Of a stretch of DNA of 64,000 nucleotides, positions 19,037-26,978 are shown piece after piece; the first letter of the stretch is position 1; each line of letters opens with the position of its first letter. The translations under genes and the position numbers were made by a program. The stretch comes from Candidatus Hadarchaeales archaeon (GTDB lineage: Archaea; Hadarchaeota; Hadarchaeia; Hadarchaeales; Hadarchaeaceae). The notes beneath the pieces were generated by a model. That model searched no databases, was not told where the DNA came from, and saw nothing but the letters and a program-made list of their open reading frames with translations. The stretch is taken from NCBI GenBank assembly GCA_038851075.1, contig JAWCLG010000002.1:49098-113097 (forward strand), written 5' to 3'.

Positions 19037-20005
19037 TCAGGCGGTGTGTAGCTTTTCGAAATACTTGCGCACCGGAGCAAACAACTCCGCCAAACCATGT
19101 GAAACTGCTTCTTTGAGGTCCGCCGGGTGTAGATTGCCCTCTGAGTAAAGTTTTCTCAGCTCTGAAGTCGTTTCTACTTCTATTGTACCACCATACTTCT
19201 GCGGCCTCTCTATCCTAAGCTTCCCCATGCGCTGTAATAATAGGTGTTCTGCGTATTCGATAACCGGGTTTCCATCTATTTTCTTTGGTGGGCAGAAGGC
19301 CTTTCCTATTTTTTCCTTTATCTCGCTAGGAGAATCGTCAACAGCCACAAAATTACCCTTACTGGACGACATCTTATCTGAGCCGTCTATTCCGCGAAGG
19401 AGGGGCATGTGAATGCATACTGGTTTTTTGTGTCCCAATGCCGGTAACTTCTCTCTGGCAATCATGTGAACTTTTCTCTGGTCTTCACCTCCAACCGCTA
19501 TGTCGACGTTCAGATGGGCAATGTCCACCGCCTGCATGAGCGGATAAATCACTTGCGCCACGTCGGGATCCTCCATCCTTCTGGCTATTTCTGCCATCGA
19601 TCTTCTAGCCCTCAGCAGCGTTGTCTGTGTTGCCATCTTGAATACGTCCATCACGTATTGTCTATCAGTCTGAAATTCAGAGCCCAACTTAAATTCGGTG
19701 GTACGTGGATCCAACCCCAAACCAATAAAACAACGCTTATTATATTCTGCTATCTTTCTTATTTCATCCAATTCTCCCTTGCCGTTTAAATACGCGTGAA
19801 GATCTGCCAGAAGAACCGTGACCTTGGCCCCCGCTTTTTGCAAATCCAGTAACTTGAACGCGGTTAAAACGTGCCCGAAATGTATTTTGCCTGATGGCTC
19901 ATAACCGCAGTAAGCTGTGAATCTCCCGGCTGTCAGGTCGGCTAGCTCTTCGGCCGTGATCACCTCAGACGCGCCTTTAATAACTAGCGAGAGCCTTTCG
20001 TTCAA
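19037..20005 (-). CDS. tyrS: Tyrosyl-tRNA synthetase
   Basis: YCGYEPSGKIHFGH, YPLMQAVD, GGEDQRK, KMSSS. Confidence 0.97.
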   Translation of the reverse strand: MNERLSLVIKGASEVITAEELADLTAGRFTAYCGYEPSGKIHFGHVLTAFKLLDLQKAGAKVTVLLADLHAYLNGKGELDEIRKIAEYNKRCFIGLGLDPRTTEFKLGSEFQTDRQYVMDVFKMATQTTLLRARRSMAEIARRMEDPDVAQVIYPLMQAVDIAHLNVDIAVGGEDQRKVHMIAREKLPALGHKKPVCIHMPLLRGIDGSDKMSSSKGNFVAVDDSPSEIKEKIGKAFCPPKKIDGNPVIEYAEHLLLQRMGKLRIERPQKYGGTIEVETTSELRKLYSEGNLHPADLKEAVSHGLAELFAPVRKYFEKLHTA

Positions 20006-20054
20006 CCTACCACCATGAAAAAGTCGTTACTATAACTAAAAGTCTACCGCATCG

Positions 20055-20456
20055 CTACTGAACCGACATTTTTCTGCGTCCCCTAGCTTTCCACTGGAGG
20101 ACCCTGTCCTTCCACTTTTCAAATTTCTCTGTTTCAAACGAGGGCCCACCCCATTTTAAAATAAAATCTAAAAGACGAAAAAGATCTTCTTTTCTCCTTA
20201 ACTCCAATCTATAAAGCCCGCCGCGCGTTACCACTTTACCCGCACCCAAAATTTTTCTAGCGGTTTCCACTGGATAGATCTTCTTAGAGTCTGCGTAAAA
20301 GACCGGATTGATGTAGCCGTATTTTATTTCTCCTTTTTTAGTTTTTTTTGTTATATTTATTTTATTTACTGTATAAACCCCTTTAAACTCAAGAAATGCT
20401 ATAAGCCATCCTATATCATACTCTTTTCCTTTCATTTTATCTAATATATTTATCAT
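20055..20456 (-). CDS. Degenerate LAGLIDADG homing-endonuclease-like protein
   Basis: GWLIAFLEFKG helix then ..PVFY....VETARKILGAGKV....YRLELRRKEDLFRLLDFI, the pattern of a single LAGLIDADG domain; acidic motif altered. Confidence 0.55.
   Translation of the reverse strand: MINILDKMKGKEYDIGWLIAFLEFKGVYTVNKINITKKTKKGEIKYGYINPVFYADSKKIYPVETARKILGAGKVVTRGGLYRLELRRKEDLFRLLDFILKWGGPSFETEKFEKWKDRVLQWKARGRRKMSVQ
20080..20099 (-). promoter_or_regulatory. ORB-like element (origin recognition box) with G-string
   Basis: Minus strand CTCCAGTGGAAAGCTAGGGG, nearly identical to the 20483 element. Confidence 0.6.
20263..20274 (-). promoter_or_regulatory. Mini-ORB
   Basis: Minus strand TCCAGTGGAAAC. Confidence 0.5.
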
Positions 20457-20695
20457 AACTATTTATTAATAATAGATAATTATTCCAGTGGAAACTAAGG
20501 GGTGGCCGTCAAGTGCGGGGAAAAAATTGTTATGTTTTTTTCTTAAAATAAAAAATAAATAGTTTAGAAAACCGAAAAATGGTAATTAAATGTTTGATAA
20601 CGTCCAAATTGGTAAAATAAAAAACATGAAAATCAAGGCCAGTCCGGCGACCCCCCTCCCCAAAGTTGGCTTAAGGCAAACTAAACAAACAAAGT
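20457..20695. other. Candidate replication origin (ORB plus AT-rich unwinding element)
   Basis: Non-coding; ORB at 20483; very AT-rich 20521-20637 bracketed by G-rich (20499-20520) and C-rich (20645-20661) tracts. Confidence 0.65.
20483..20502 (+). promoter_or_regulatory. ORB element with G-string
   Basis: TTCCAGTGGAAACTAAGGGG matches the archaeal ORB consensus TTCCAnTGGAAAnnnnGGGG. Confidence 0.8.
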
Positions 20696-21532
20696 TTGGG
20701 TAGGGAAGTGTACTACCAAAGAATTGACGTAAAAAACGCCGTTTGTGGATATTCGACGTCTAGTAAGAGCTATGGGGTACGAGAGGGGGCTTTTTTTAAT
20801 GCTAGAAAAAAGACATTTCAGAGGTACACTGAAACGATAGATGGGAAAAAACCAGTGGAGCTTACCCCATCAGAGGTTTCCAAGGCAGCCGAGGCAGGGG
20901 CAATAGCATTTTACTGTTCGTACTGGCTATACGACTGTAACGACTTTAGAGAACCGACCGGTAGAGATCTCGTTTGGGTTATCCGAATAGAGAAAGGGGA
21001 CTTGGAGTTCGCGAAAAAGTTGACGAGAGCAGCCGCAGAGGCATTGTGGGAAGCAGGGGCGGAGCCTTTTGTAAAGTATTCTGGAGACCTAGGATTCGAC
21101 ATTATATTGCCTCTAGAAAGCATACCGTTCGAAGTCTGGCATGGAAATATAGACGCACTGGATGACCTTCAGGGTGAGCTTTCCGATGTCATAGTCAGCA
21201 GTATCCGCTCACGGCTAGGGCTGGTTGTAGAGGGAGACAGACACTCGTTTAAAATAAAAGAGGATGAAAAAACCTCCCTCCTCTCCGAACTCCGGGTGAA
21301 GCGAGGCCTTTTGCTTGCGCCGATGAGCATAAACCCGGAGACAGGGCTGGTTTCTGTCCCGGTGGATCCTAGGGAGCTAGATAATTTTACAATCTTTGAC
21401 GCGAGCCCGTCTAAAGTCATAGGCAAAATATGGAGATTCGGTTCTGGCCCGAGTTATGGTCTAATCAAATACGCGAAGCTTGGTCAAGTTCGATCTTTGG
21501 AGGATAATCAGTCAGAGGAGCAGGCGTTTTAG
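20696..21532 (+). CDS. Archaeo-eukaryotic primase (PriS-like) fold protein, catalytic residues degenerate
   Basis: YYQRIDV, GAIAFYCS..W, GRDLVWVI, VKYSGDLGFDIILP, RGLLLAPMSINPETGLVSVP correspond to AEP motifs I-III; start uncertain. Confidence 0.7.
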   Translation: MGREVYYQRIDVKNAVCGYSTSSKSYGVREGAFFNARKKTFQRYTETIDGKKPVELTPSEVSKAAEAGAIAFYCSYWLYDCNDFREPTGRDLVWVIRIEKGDLEFAKKLTRAAAEALWEAGAEPFVKYSGDLGFDIILPLESIPFEVWHGNIDALDDLQGELSDVIVSSIRSRLGLVVEGDRHSFKIKEDEKTSLLSELRVKRGLLLAPMSINPETGLVSVPVDPRELDNFTIFDASPSKVIGKIWRFGSGPSYGLIKYAKLGQVRSLEDNQSEEQAF

Positions 21533-21554
21533 GCACCCATGAGTAAAATATTTC

Positions 21555-22178
21555 GTGGAGGCCCTTATCTCAAGAATAAACGAGATCCGGTGTCAACATA
21601 AGGAAGCGAGAAAAAGGATACGGGAATTTATAAACATGCAGAAATGTGGGAACGAGGATTGGTTTTCCGAACTGTGTTTTTGTATTTTGACCGCAAATTC
21701 CACGGCGGAGTCTGGGATTCGATCGCAGAGGCGGATAGGGACAAAAGGATTTCTTACTCTTTCAGAGAAGCAGCTGGCAAAAGAACTTAGGAAATCTAAG
21801 CATAGGTTCCCAAACGTTAGGGCAAAATTCATAGTGGAGGCGAGAAAGCACATGAAAATCAAGGACGCCGTAATGAATGCCGGCAGCCCACAAAAAGCGC
21901 GCGCTTGGCTTGTGAAAAATGTAAAGGGTATCGGCTGGAAGGAAGCGAGTCATTTTTTGAGAAATGTGGGATATCTAGACCTTGCCATTCTGGACAGACA
22001 TGTGTTGAGAATTCTTCGTGAATATGGCATAATAAAGGAGATTCCGCGCCATCTTTCAGAGAAAAGTTATCTCGAAATAGAGGAAAAAATGAAGGAACTG
22101 GCAAATAGAATGAAAATGAGTCTAGGGGAGCTGGATCTGTATTTGTGGTGTATTAAAACCGGAAGGATTCTCAAGTAG
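21555..22178 (+). CDS. ogg: 8-oxoguanine DNA glycosylase/AP lyase
   Basis: ELCFCILTAN, HRFPN.RA, VKGIGWKEASHFLRNVG, LAILDRH, ELDLYLW. Confidence 0.93.
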   Translation: MEALISRINEIRCQHKEARKRIREFINMQKCGNEDWFSELCFCILTANSTAESGIRSQRRIGTKGFLTLSEKQLAKELRKSKHRFPNVRAKFIVEARKHMKIKDAVMNAGSPQKARAWLVKNVKGIGWKEASHFLRNVGYLDLAILDRHVLRILREYGIIKEIPRHLSEKSYLEIEEKMKELANRMKMSLGELDLYLWCIKTGRILK

Positions 22179-23031
22179 TCTTTATGAGATGCGTGCCGTC
22201 GCAGGTACCCCCGGTGTTGAGGTGTGGCAGGCCCTCCCTGCACGATGAGAACGTGACACCAGTTTCAAGGCAGGCGGCCCTGACAGAACGCATGAGATCC
22301 TCTCTAATTTTCTTAGGCAGGTACCATCCGCGTCTTTTCTCTCCTTTGTTGAAGTACAGGTCCCGTAGCTTTAGCGCCTCATCAGGAAAAGCGGATGAGA
22401 ATCTACGCCATCCATCGAGCCTTGGTTTGAATGTGGATGCAGTTACATGAGAAACACCGGCTTCGGAGGCAACCTCAACTATCTCCCTTACCTCGTCATC
22501 ATTGACGAATGGAATTATCGGATCGAGCCGTAGAGAAGTTGGCACACGTTTAGAGAGAGTTTTGATAGTGGCCAGCCTTAATGATGGCTTAGGTGCACCT
22601 GGTTCTAGCCTGCGGGCCAGTGAGTCATCAATAGTTGTGACGGTGAAACTTACAACGCATGGAATTTTTTTAAGCACGTCGAAATCACGAGCCACAATGT
22701 TTGATTTCGTAATTATCTGTACCCTGCATCCCTTTTTAGAGATGATCTCGAGACATTTTCTTGTGAGCCCGAGTTTTGCTTCAACTGGGGGATACGGGTC
22801 CGAACTGTTTGACATGCTTATTATGGTATTTGAATCCATTTTTTCGATATCACGTTCTACCTTAGAAATCAGGTCCTTTTTTTCTCTTGCCTCGAATGCA
22901 TTCGGTATATATGAGGAGATATAGCAGTAAACGCACGAGTGGGAGCACCCGGTATATGGATTCAGACCGTATTTTTTGGGACAGGTACAGAGGGGGTCTT
23001 TCCAAGGATCAAACTCTCTAACTACTGCCAT
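22171..23031 (-). CDS. Radical SAM protein, SplB-like (COG1533)
   Basis: FDPW..LCTCPKKY..NPYTGCSHSCVYCY, SDPYPP, LEPGAP....RL; start moved to ATG 23031. Confidence 0.88.
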   Translation of the reverse strand: MAVVREFDPWKDPLCTCPKKYGLNPYTGCSHSCVYCYISSYIPNAFEAREKKDLISKVERDIEKMDSNTIISMSNSSDPYPPVEAKLGLTRKCLEIISKKGCRVQIITKSNIVARDFDVLKKIPCVVSFTVTTIDDSLARRLEPGAPKPSLRLATIKTLSKRVPTSLRLDPIIPFVNDDEVREIVEVASEAGVSHVTASTFKPRLDGWRRFSSAFPDEALKLRDLYFNKGEKRRGWYLPKKIREDLMRSVRAACLETGVTFSSCREGLPHLNTGGTCDGTHLIKTT

Positions 23032-23051
23032 TTTCTCAGAAAAACGATAAC

Positions 23052-23327
23052 ACGCGCCGAGATAAAGGCCCCCACATCCCTCCAGACCCCGGGCGATGTA
23101 GCCCAGCCGAACCGCCAAGGGCAGCCCGCCGAACCACATCGTTCCGACCTTTTCAGATCGTGTGGTTACCCTTTCGAGTTACCACGCCGCGGCCCTGAGG
23201 AGACTCCGAACAAGTCTTGTCAGCCTGCTGTTCAGAACACCGCAGATCGGCCAATCTGCAGTGCCCCTACCAGTGGGATCCACCAAGACCCATTCTAGAG
23301 ACCTTCCGGATCGCCCTCTCGGCGCGT
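23052..23327 (-). ncRNA. Unassigned structured RNA (~276 nt)
   Basis: 11-bp terminal stem, several long G-U-rich hairpins, two GAAA tetraloops, TATA-like box ~25 nt upstream. Confidence 0.7.
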
Positions 23328-23347
23328 TTTTTACTCTATCTTCTTGG

Positions 23348-23360
23348 TTAAAAATTTTCC
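23348..23360 (-). promoter_or_regulatory. BRE/TATA-like promoter for the structured RNA
   Basis: Minus strand GGAAAATTTTTAA ending ~21 nt before the RNA 5' stem. Confidence 0.5.
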
Positions 23361-23429
23361 GTTGTGTATCCCTGTTCACAAAGGGTTAAATATGGGTCTC
23401 CACTAATCTCAAAAAACGGGAGGAGCCTC

Positions 23430-23567
23430 ATGCCAAGGTGCTGCCCCTCTTGCTATTTGTATGATGAATGCGAAAAAAGGGGAGAGTGCTGCGAGGAATG
23501 CGATTTTTACAGCAGGGGCAAGTGCATGTTAATGGACAAGGAATCTTATGGAATACTCGACAAATAA
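23430..23567 (+). CDS. Small Cys-rich putative metal-binding protein (45 aa)
   Basis: GGGAGGAG before ATG 23430; MPRCCPSC..C...CC..C...C with 8 Cys. Confidence 0.65.
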   Translation: MPRCCPSCYLYDECEKRGECCEECDFYSRGKCMLMDKESYGILDK

Positions 23568-23616
23568 CCAGAGGGCTAGGTTAATTAGATAGGTTAAATA
23601 TGTGAGGTGGGGGAGC

Positions 23617-24165
23617 ATGTCTTTGGATCCATTCGATGAGGACTTTTTCAAATATTTCTTCAAACGTTTCCGAGAGATAGAGAGAGAATTTCAGGAATTC
23701 GAAAAGAGATTTCAGATCGATCTTAGAGAATTTGAAAGAACGCCTGGGGTAAAGGGGTTCAAAATAGAGATAAGGGACACTGGGAAAGGAAGGCCCGAGG
23801 TAAAGGTTTCTAGATTCGGAGAGCCGCAGAAGATCAAGGTGGAAAAACCAGCTGCGGTTCTTGAAAATAAAAGAAAAATCGTTGAAGAAAAAAGAATCAG
23901 GCCGGTCAAAAAGATGCTTGATACAAATGTGTGCAAAATTGACAGACCGAACGAAGTTGTCATAACTATGCAAGCTCCTGAGGTGAAAAAGGAGGACGTT
24001 GACGTGAGAATAGTCGGGAGCACTGCCGAGATTATAGCAAGAAAACGGACCGGGGAAGCTTACTTCTGTACGGTCGAAATACCTAGCGACGTTGTGACGG
24101 ACGAAATAAAAAAATCCTTTAAAGGGGACATATTGATTGTCACAATTCCACGACGCAAGCTCTAA
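23617..24165 (+). CDS. Small heat-shock protein (Hsp20/alpha-crystallin family)
   Basis: DPFDEDFF N-terminus, PEVKKEDVDV, FKGDILIVTIP; start moved to ATG 23617. Confidence 0.8.
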   Translation: MSLDPFDEDFFKYFFKRFREIEREFQEFEKRFQIDLREFERTPGVKGFKIEIRDTGKGRPEVKVSRFGEPQKIKVEKPAAVLENKRKIVEEKRIRPVKKMLDTNVCKIDRPNEVVITMQAPEVKKEDVDVRIVGSTAEIIARKRTGEAYFCTVEIPSDVVTDEIKKSFKGDILIVTIPRRKL

Positions 24166-24225
24166 ATGCTCCCTGATTCTTCGGAAAGATATAACAATGG
24201 AAACCGACGTGTAGGAGGGGTGCTC

Positions 24226-25422
24226 TTGAAATATGTTATAGTGGTCGGGGACGGAATGTCTGATTATCCAGTACAGAAAATCGGGGGGAAGACACCGCTT
24301 CAAGTTGCGCATAAGCCGAATATGGACTGGATCGCCTACAACGGAAAAAGCGGACTTCTAAGGACAATACCCAAGGGAACAGATCCCGGCTCTGACATAG
24401 CAATAATGTCTATTTTGGGGTACGACCCGAAAAGGTTTCATACCGGAAGGGGGCCAATAGAGGCCGCAGCGCTTGGGATAAAGCTAGATGGGGGAGCCGT
24501 TGCCTTCAGGTGTAATCTGATAACAGCTGAGAACGGAATTATAAAAGATTACAGTGGCGGCCACATAACCACGAAGGAGGCAAAAAAACTTTTGGATGCT
24601 ATCTCCAAAAAGTACGGAAATATCGGGGAGTTCCACGTGGGGCTCAGTTACAGAAACATCTTTGTCCTAAAAAATGCACTTTTCGAAGCTGTAAAAATAA
24701 AGACCACCCCGCCACACCATGCAGTTGGGGACAAAGTCCTTGATAAACTGGCTTCGCCTAAGAAAAACAAAATTGCGCAGTTGATAAACGAGATGATGCT
24801 TGATTCAAAAAATATACTTTCAAATCATCCTGTGAACATACTTAGAGTCAAAAAAGGTCAGAACCCCGCCAACATGATATGGTTGTGGGGACAGGGAGGA
24901 AGGCCGGACATGCCAAGTATGAAGGAGAAATATGGCCTTGACGGTTCAGTTATATCCGCAGTTATGGTCGTGAAAGGTGTCGGCGCCCTTGCCGGGCTGG
25001 ATGCTCCAGAGGTACCTGGTGCAACAGGGTACTATGACACAAACTATAGCAACAAGGCAAGATATGCTTTGAAGGTCCTAAAGAAAAGGAACTTTGTGGT
25101 AGTCCATGTGGAAGCTCCTGACGAGGCAGGACACGAGGGCGATTTGGACGAAAAAATAAGGGCGATAGAAAACATAGATTCCAAAATTGTAGGAAAAATA
25201 CTTGACGGCATCGGGGACGAGGATTTTAAAATAGCTGTGATGGCTGATCATCCGACCCCTGTGGAGGTGAGAAGGCATACGTCAGATCCAGTACCGTTTT
25301 CGGTGGCATCGTCTACCAGCAGGGGAGACGGACTCAAATGTTATGATGAGGAATCCGCTAAAAAAGGATCTTTAGGGCTAATGATGGGTCCAATGTTTAT
25401 CAAAAAAATGATTGAAATTTGA
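24226..25422 (+). CDS. apgM: Cofactor-independent phosphoglycerate mutase family (ApgM / proposed homoserine kinase)
   Basis: GDGMSD, PGSDIA, HVEAPDEAGH, ADHPTP...H; first gene of the ACT-hom-thrC run; TTG start. Confidence 0.88.
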   Translation: MKYVIVVGDGMSDYPVQKIGGKTPLQVAHKPNMDWIAYNGKSGLLRTIPKGTDPGSDIAIMSILGYDPKRFHTGRGPIEAAALGIKLDGGAVAFRCNLITAENGIIKDYSGGHITTKEAKKLLDAISKKYGNIGEFHVGLSYRNIFVLKNALFEAVKIKTTPPHHAVGDKVLDKLASPKKNKIAQLINEMMLDSKNILSNHPVNILRVKKGQNPANMIWLWGQGGRPDMPSMKEKYGLDGSVISAVMVVKGVGALAGLDAPEVPGATGYYDTNYSNKARYALKVLKKRNFVVVHVEAPDEAGHEGDLDEKIRAIENIDSKIVGKILDGIGDEDFKIAVMADHPTPVEVRRHTSDPVPFSVASSTSRGDGLKCYDEESAKKGSLGLMMGPMFIKKMIEI

Positions 25423-25469
25423 GGATGAGGATTATAAGGTGCCCGGTTGAATTTAAAGAGGAGGAAAGA

Positions 25470-25964
25470 ATGCTGATCAAACTTGTTCTTGAGCTTGAGG
25501 ATACTCCTGGTCAGCTTCTGAAGGCGCTGGAGCCGATATCCAGGCACGGAGGAAATGTTAGGAGCATCATGCATGATCGAGAACAAAAAACACCAACAGG
25601 GAGGCTCCCCGTAACCCTGGCTTTTGATATAGCCAACAGGGCCCTTTTGGGTAAAATACTCTGCGATCTTGAGAAAACTGGAATAAGGGTGATTCAGATC
25701 GGTGAAAAGCCTGCCGTCAGAAAAACTGTGCTACTCATAGGCCATATAATTCACACGGACGTTAGAGACACAATAGACCGCCTTAACAGGGTGAAAGGAG
25801 TGATGGTTTCCGATCTGGATCTTGAGATGGGGGGCCCAAGCAGGGAGTCTGCAGCCGCCATAACAATTTCAGCGTCCGATGAGACGACGGCGGAAAAAGC
25901 TATCTCTATTCTCGGAAACATATCAGAAAAGAAAGGCCTGCTTATGTTGACTTCATTGGAGTGA
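25470..25964 (+). CDS. ACT-domain amino acid-binding protein (homoserine dehydrogenase-associated)
   Basis: LELEDTPGQLLKALEPI..HGGNV.SI.H, LLIGHIIHTD. Confidence 0.85.
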   Translation: MLIKLVLELEDTPGQLLKALEPISRHGGNVRSIMHDREQKTPTGRLPVTLAFDIANRALLGKILCDLEKTGIRVIQIGEKPAVRKTVLLIGHIIHTDVRDTIDRLNRVKGVMVSDLDLEMGGPSRESAAAITISASDETTAEKAISILGNISEKKGLLMLTSLE

Positions 25965-25970
25965 TGTGCT

Positions 25971-26978
25971 GTGAGGATAATTCTAATTGGCTTCGGCAAC
26001 TTGGGCAGGGGGCTGGCGAGAATTTTTATTAAAAAAGCAGCTGCCCTCAGAAAAATTGGAATTATCGCAAAGGTGGTTGCAGCTGTTGATGAAAAAGGGG
26101 CGGCGGTGGACAGTAACGGTCTGGAACTCAGACGACTTCTCTCAGTGGCGGAGCAGAGGGGCACTGTGGCGGCTTACAGTCACGGGCAGAAAGGGATGCT
26201 GGCAAATCAAGTACTCGATGAGGTCGAGGCAGATGTTGTTTTCGAGCTTACTCCGACCAATATAAAAACAGGAGAGCCCGGAATAACACACATAAAGCGG
26301 GCGATGATGGCGGGAAGGCACGTTATAACCTCAAACAAGGGCCCTTTGGTCGTGGCGTTCAGGGAGCTTGAATCTCTATCCAGAAAGTGTGGGGTGGAGT
26401 TCAGGTACTCCGCATCAGTCGGTGGAGCGGTGCCTGTAATAGGTCTGGCAAAAAAACTGCTTTCATCAAACGAGATAACTGAGATAAGGGGAGTTTTGAA
26501 CGGAACCACGAATTACATATTAAGCAGAATGACAAGCGAGGAAGTTCCTTTTGAGATGGTGTTGAGAGAAGCCCAAGAGATGGGCGCGGCCGAAAAGGAT
26601 CCGTCTCTTGATATAAAGGGAATCGACACTGCATGTAAGCTGACGATACTGGCGAATTCTATTCTTGGTCTGAGCGCAACTCTCAAGGATGTGAATATTA
26701 CAGGCATAGAGAGGATTTCACTGGAGGCAATAAGGCTCGCCAAGGAGTCAGGCAGAACTATAAAGCTGATAGGAATTGCAAGAAAAGACAGACTAGAAGT
26801 CGCCCCAAAACTCATTCAGTTCGGTCATCCTCTGGCAGTTGGCGGGACCCTTAATTCCGTGACCTACAAACTTGACCTTGCCAGAGAGATCACAATATCC
26901 GGTTACGGCGCGGGCCCGCAGGAGACCTCAAGCTCTCTGCTCAGCGACCTTATAGATATTCACCGGAGTCTGGAGTAA
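25971..26978 (+). CDS. hom: Homoserine dehydrogenase
   Basis: GFGNLG, TSNKGP, SVGGAVP, GVLNGTTNYIL, GYGAG. Confidence 0.95.
   Translation: MRIILIGFGNLGRGLARIFIKKAAALRKIGIIAKVVAAVDEKGAAVDSNGLELRRLLSVAEQRGTVAAYSHGQKGMLANQVLDEVEADVVFELTPTNIKTGEPGITHIKRAMMAGRHVITSNKGPLVVAFRELESLSRKCGVEFRYSASVGGAVPVIGLAKKLLSSNEITEIRGVLNGTTNYILSRMTSEEVPFEMVLREAQEMGAAEKDPSLDIKGIDTACKLTILANSILGLSATLKDVNITGIERISLEAIRLAKESGRTIKLIGIARKDRLEVAPKLIQFGHPLAVGGTLNSVTYKLDLAREITISGYGAGPQETSSSLLSDLIDIHRSLE

Noticed and set aside
23052-23327. Calling the structured region SRP RNA or canonical RNase P RNA
   Set aside because: No SRP helix-8 or Alu motifs; RNase P ACAGAA, P3 and S-domain motifs not found, so it is left unassigned
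23581-24312. Long antisense ORFs (243 aa here; also 4107-4775, 15764-16501, 57278-57943)
   Set aside because: Shadows of well-supported genes on the opposite strand, with no motifs of their own
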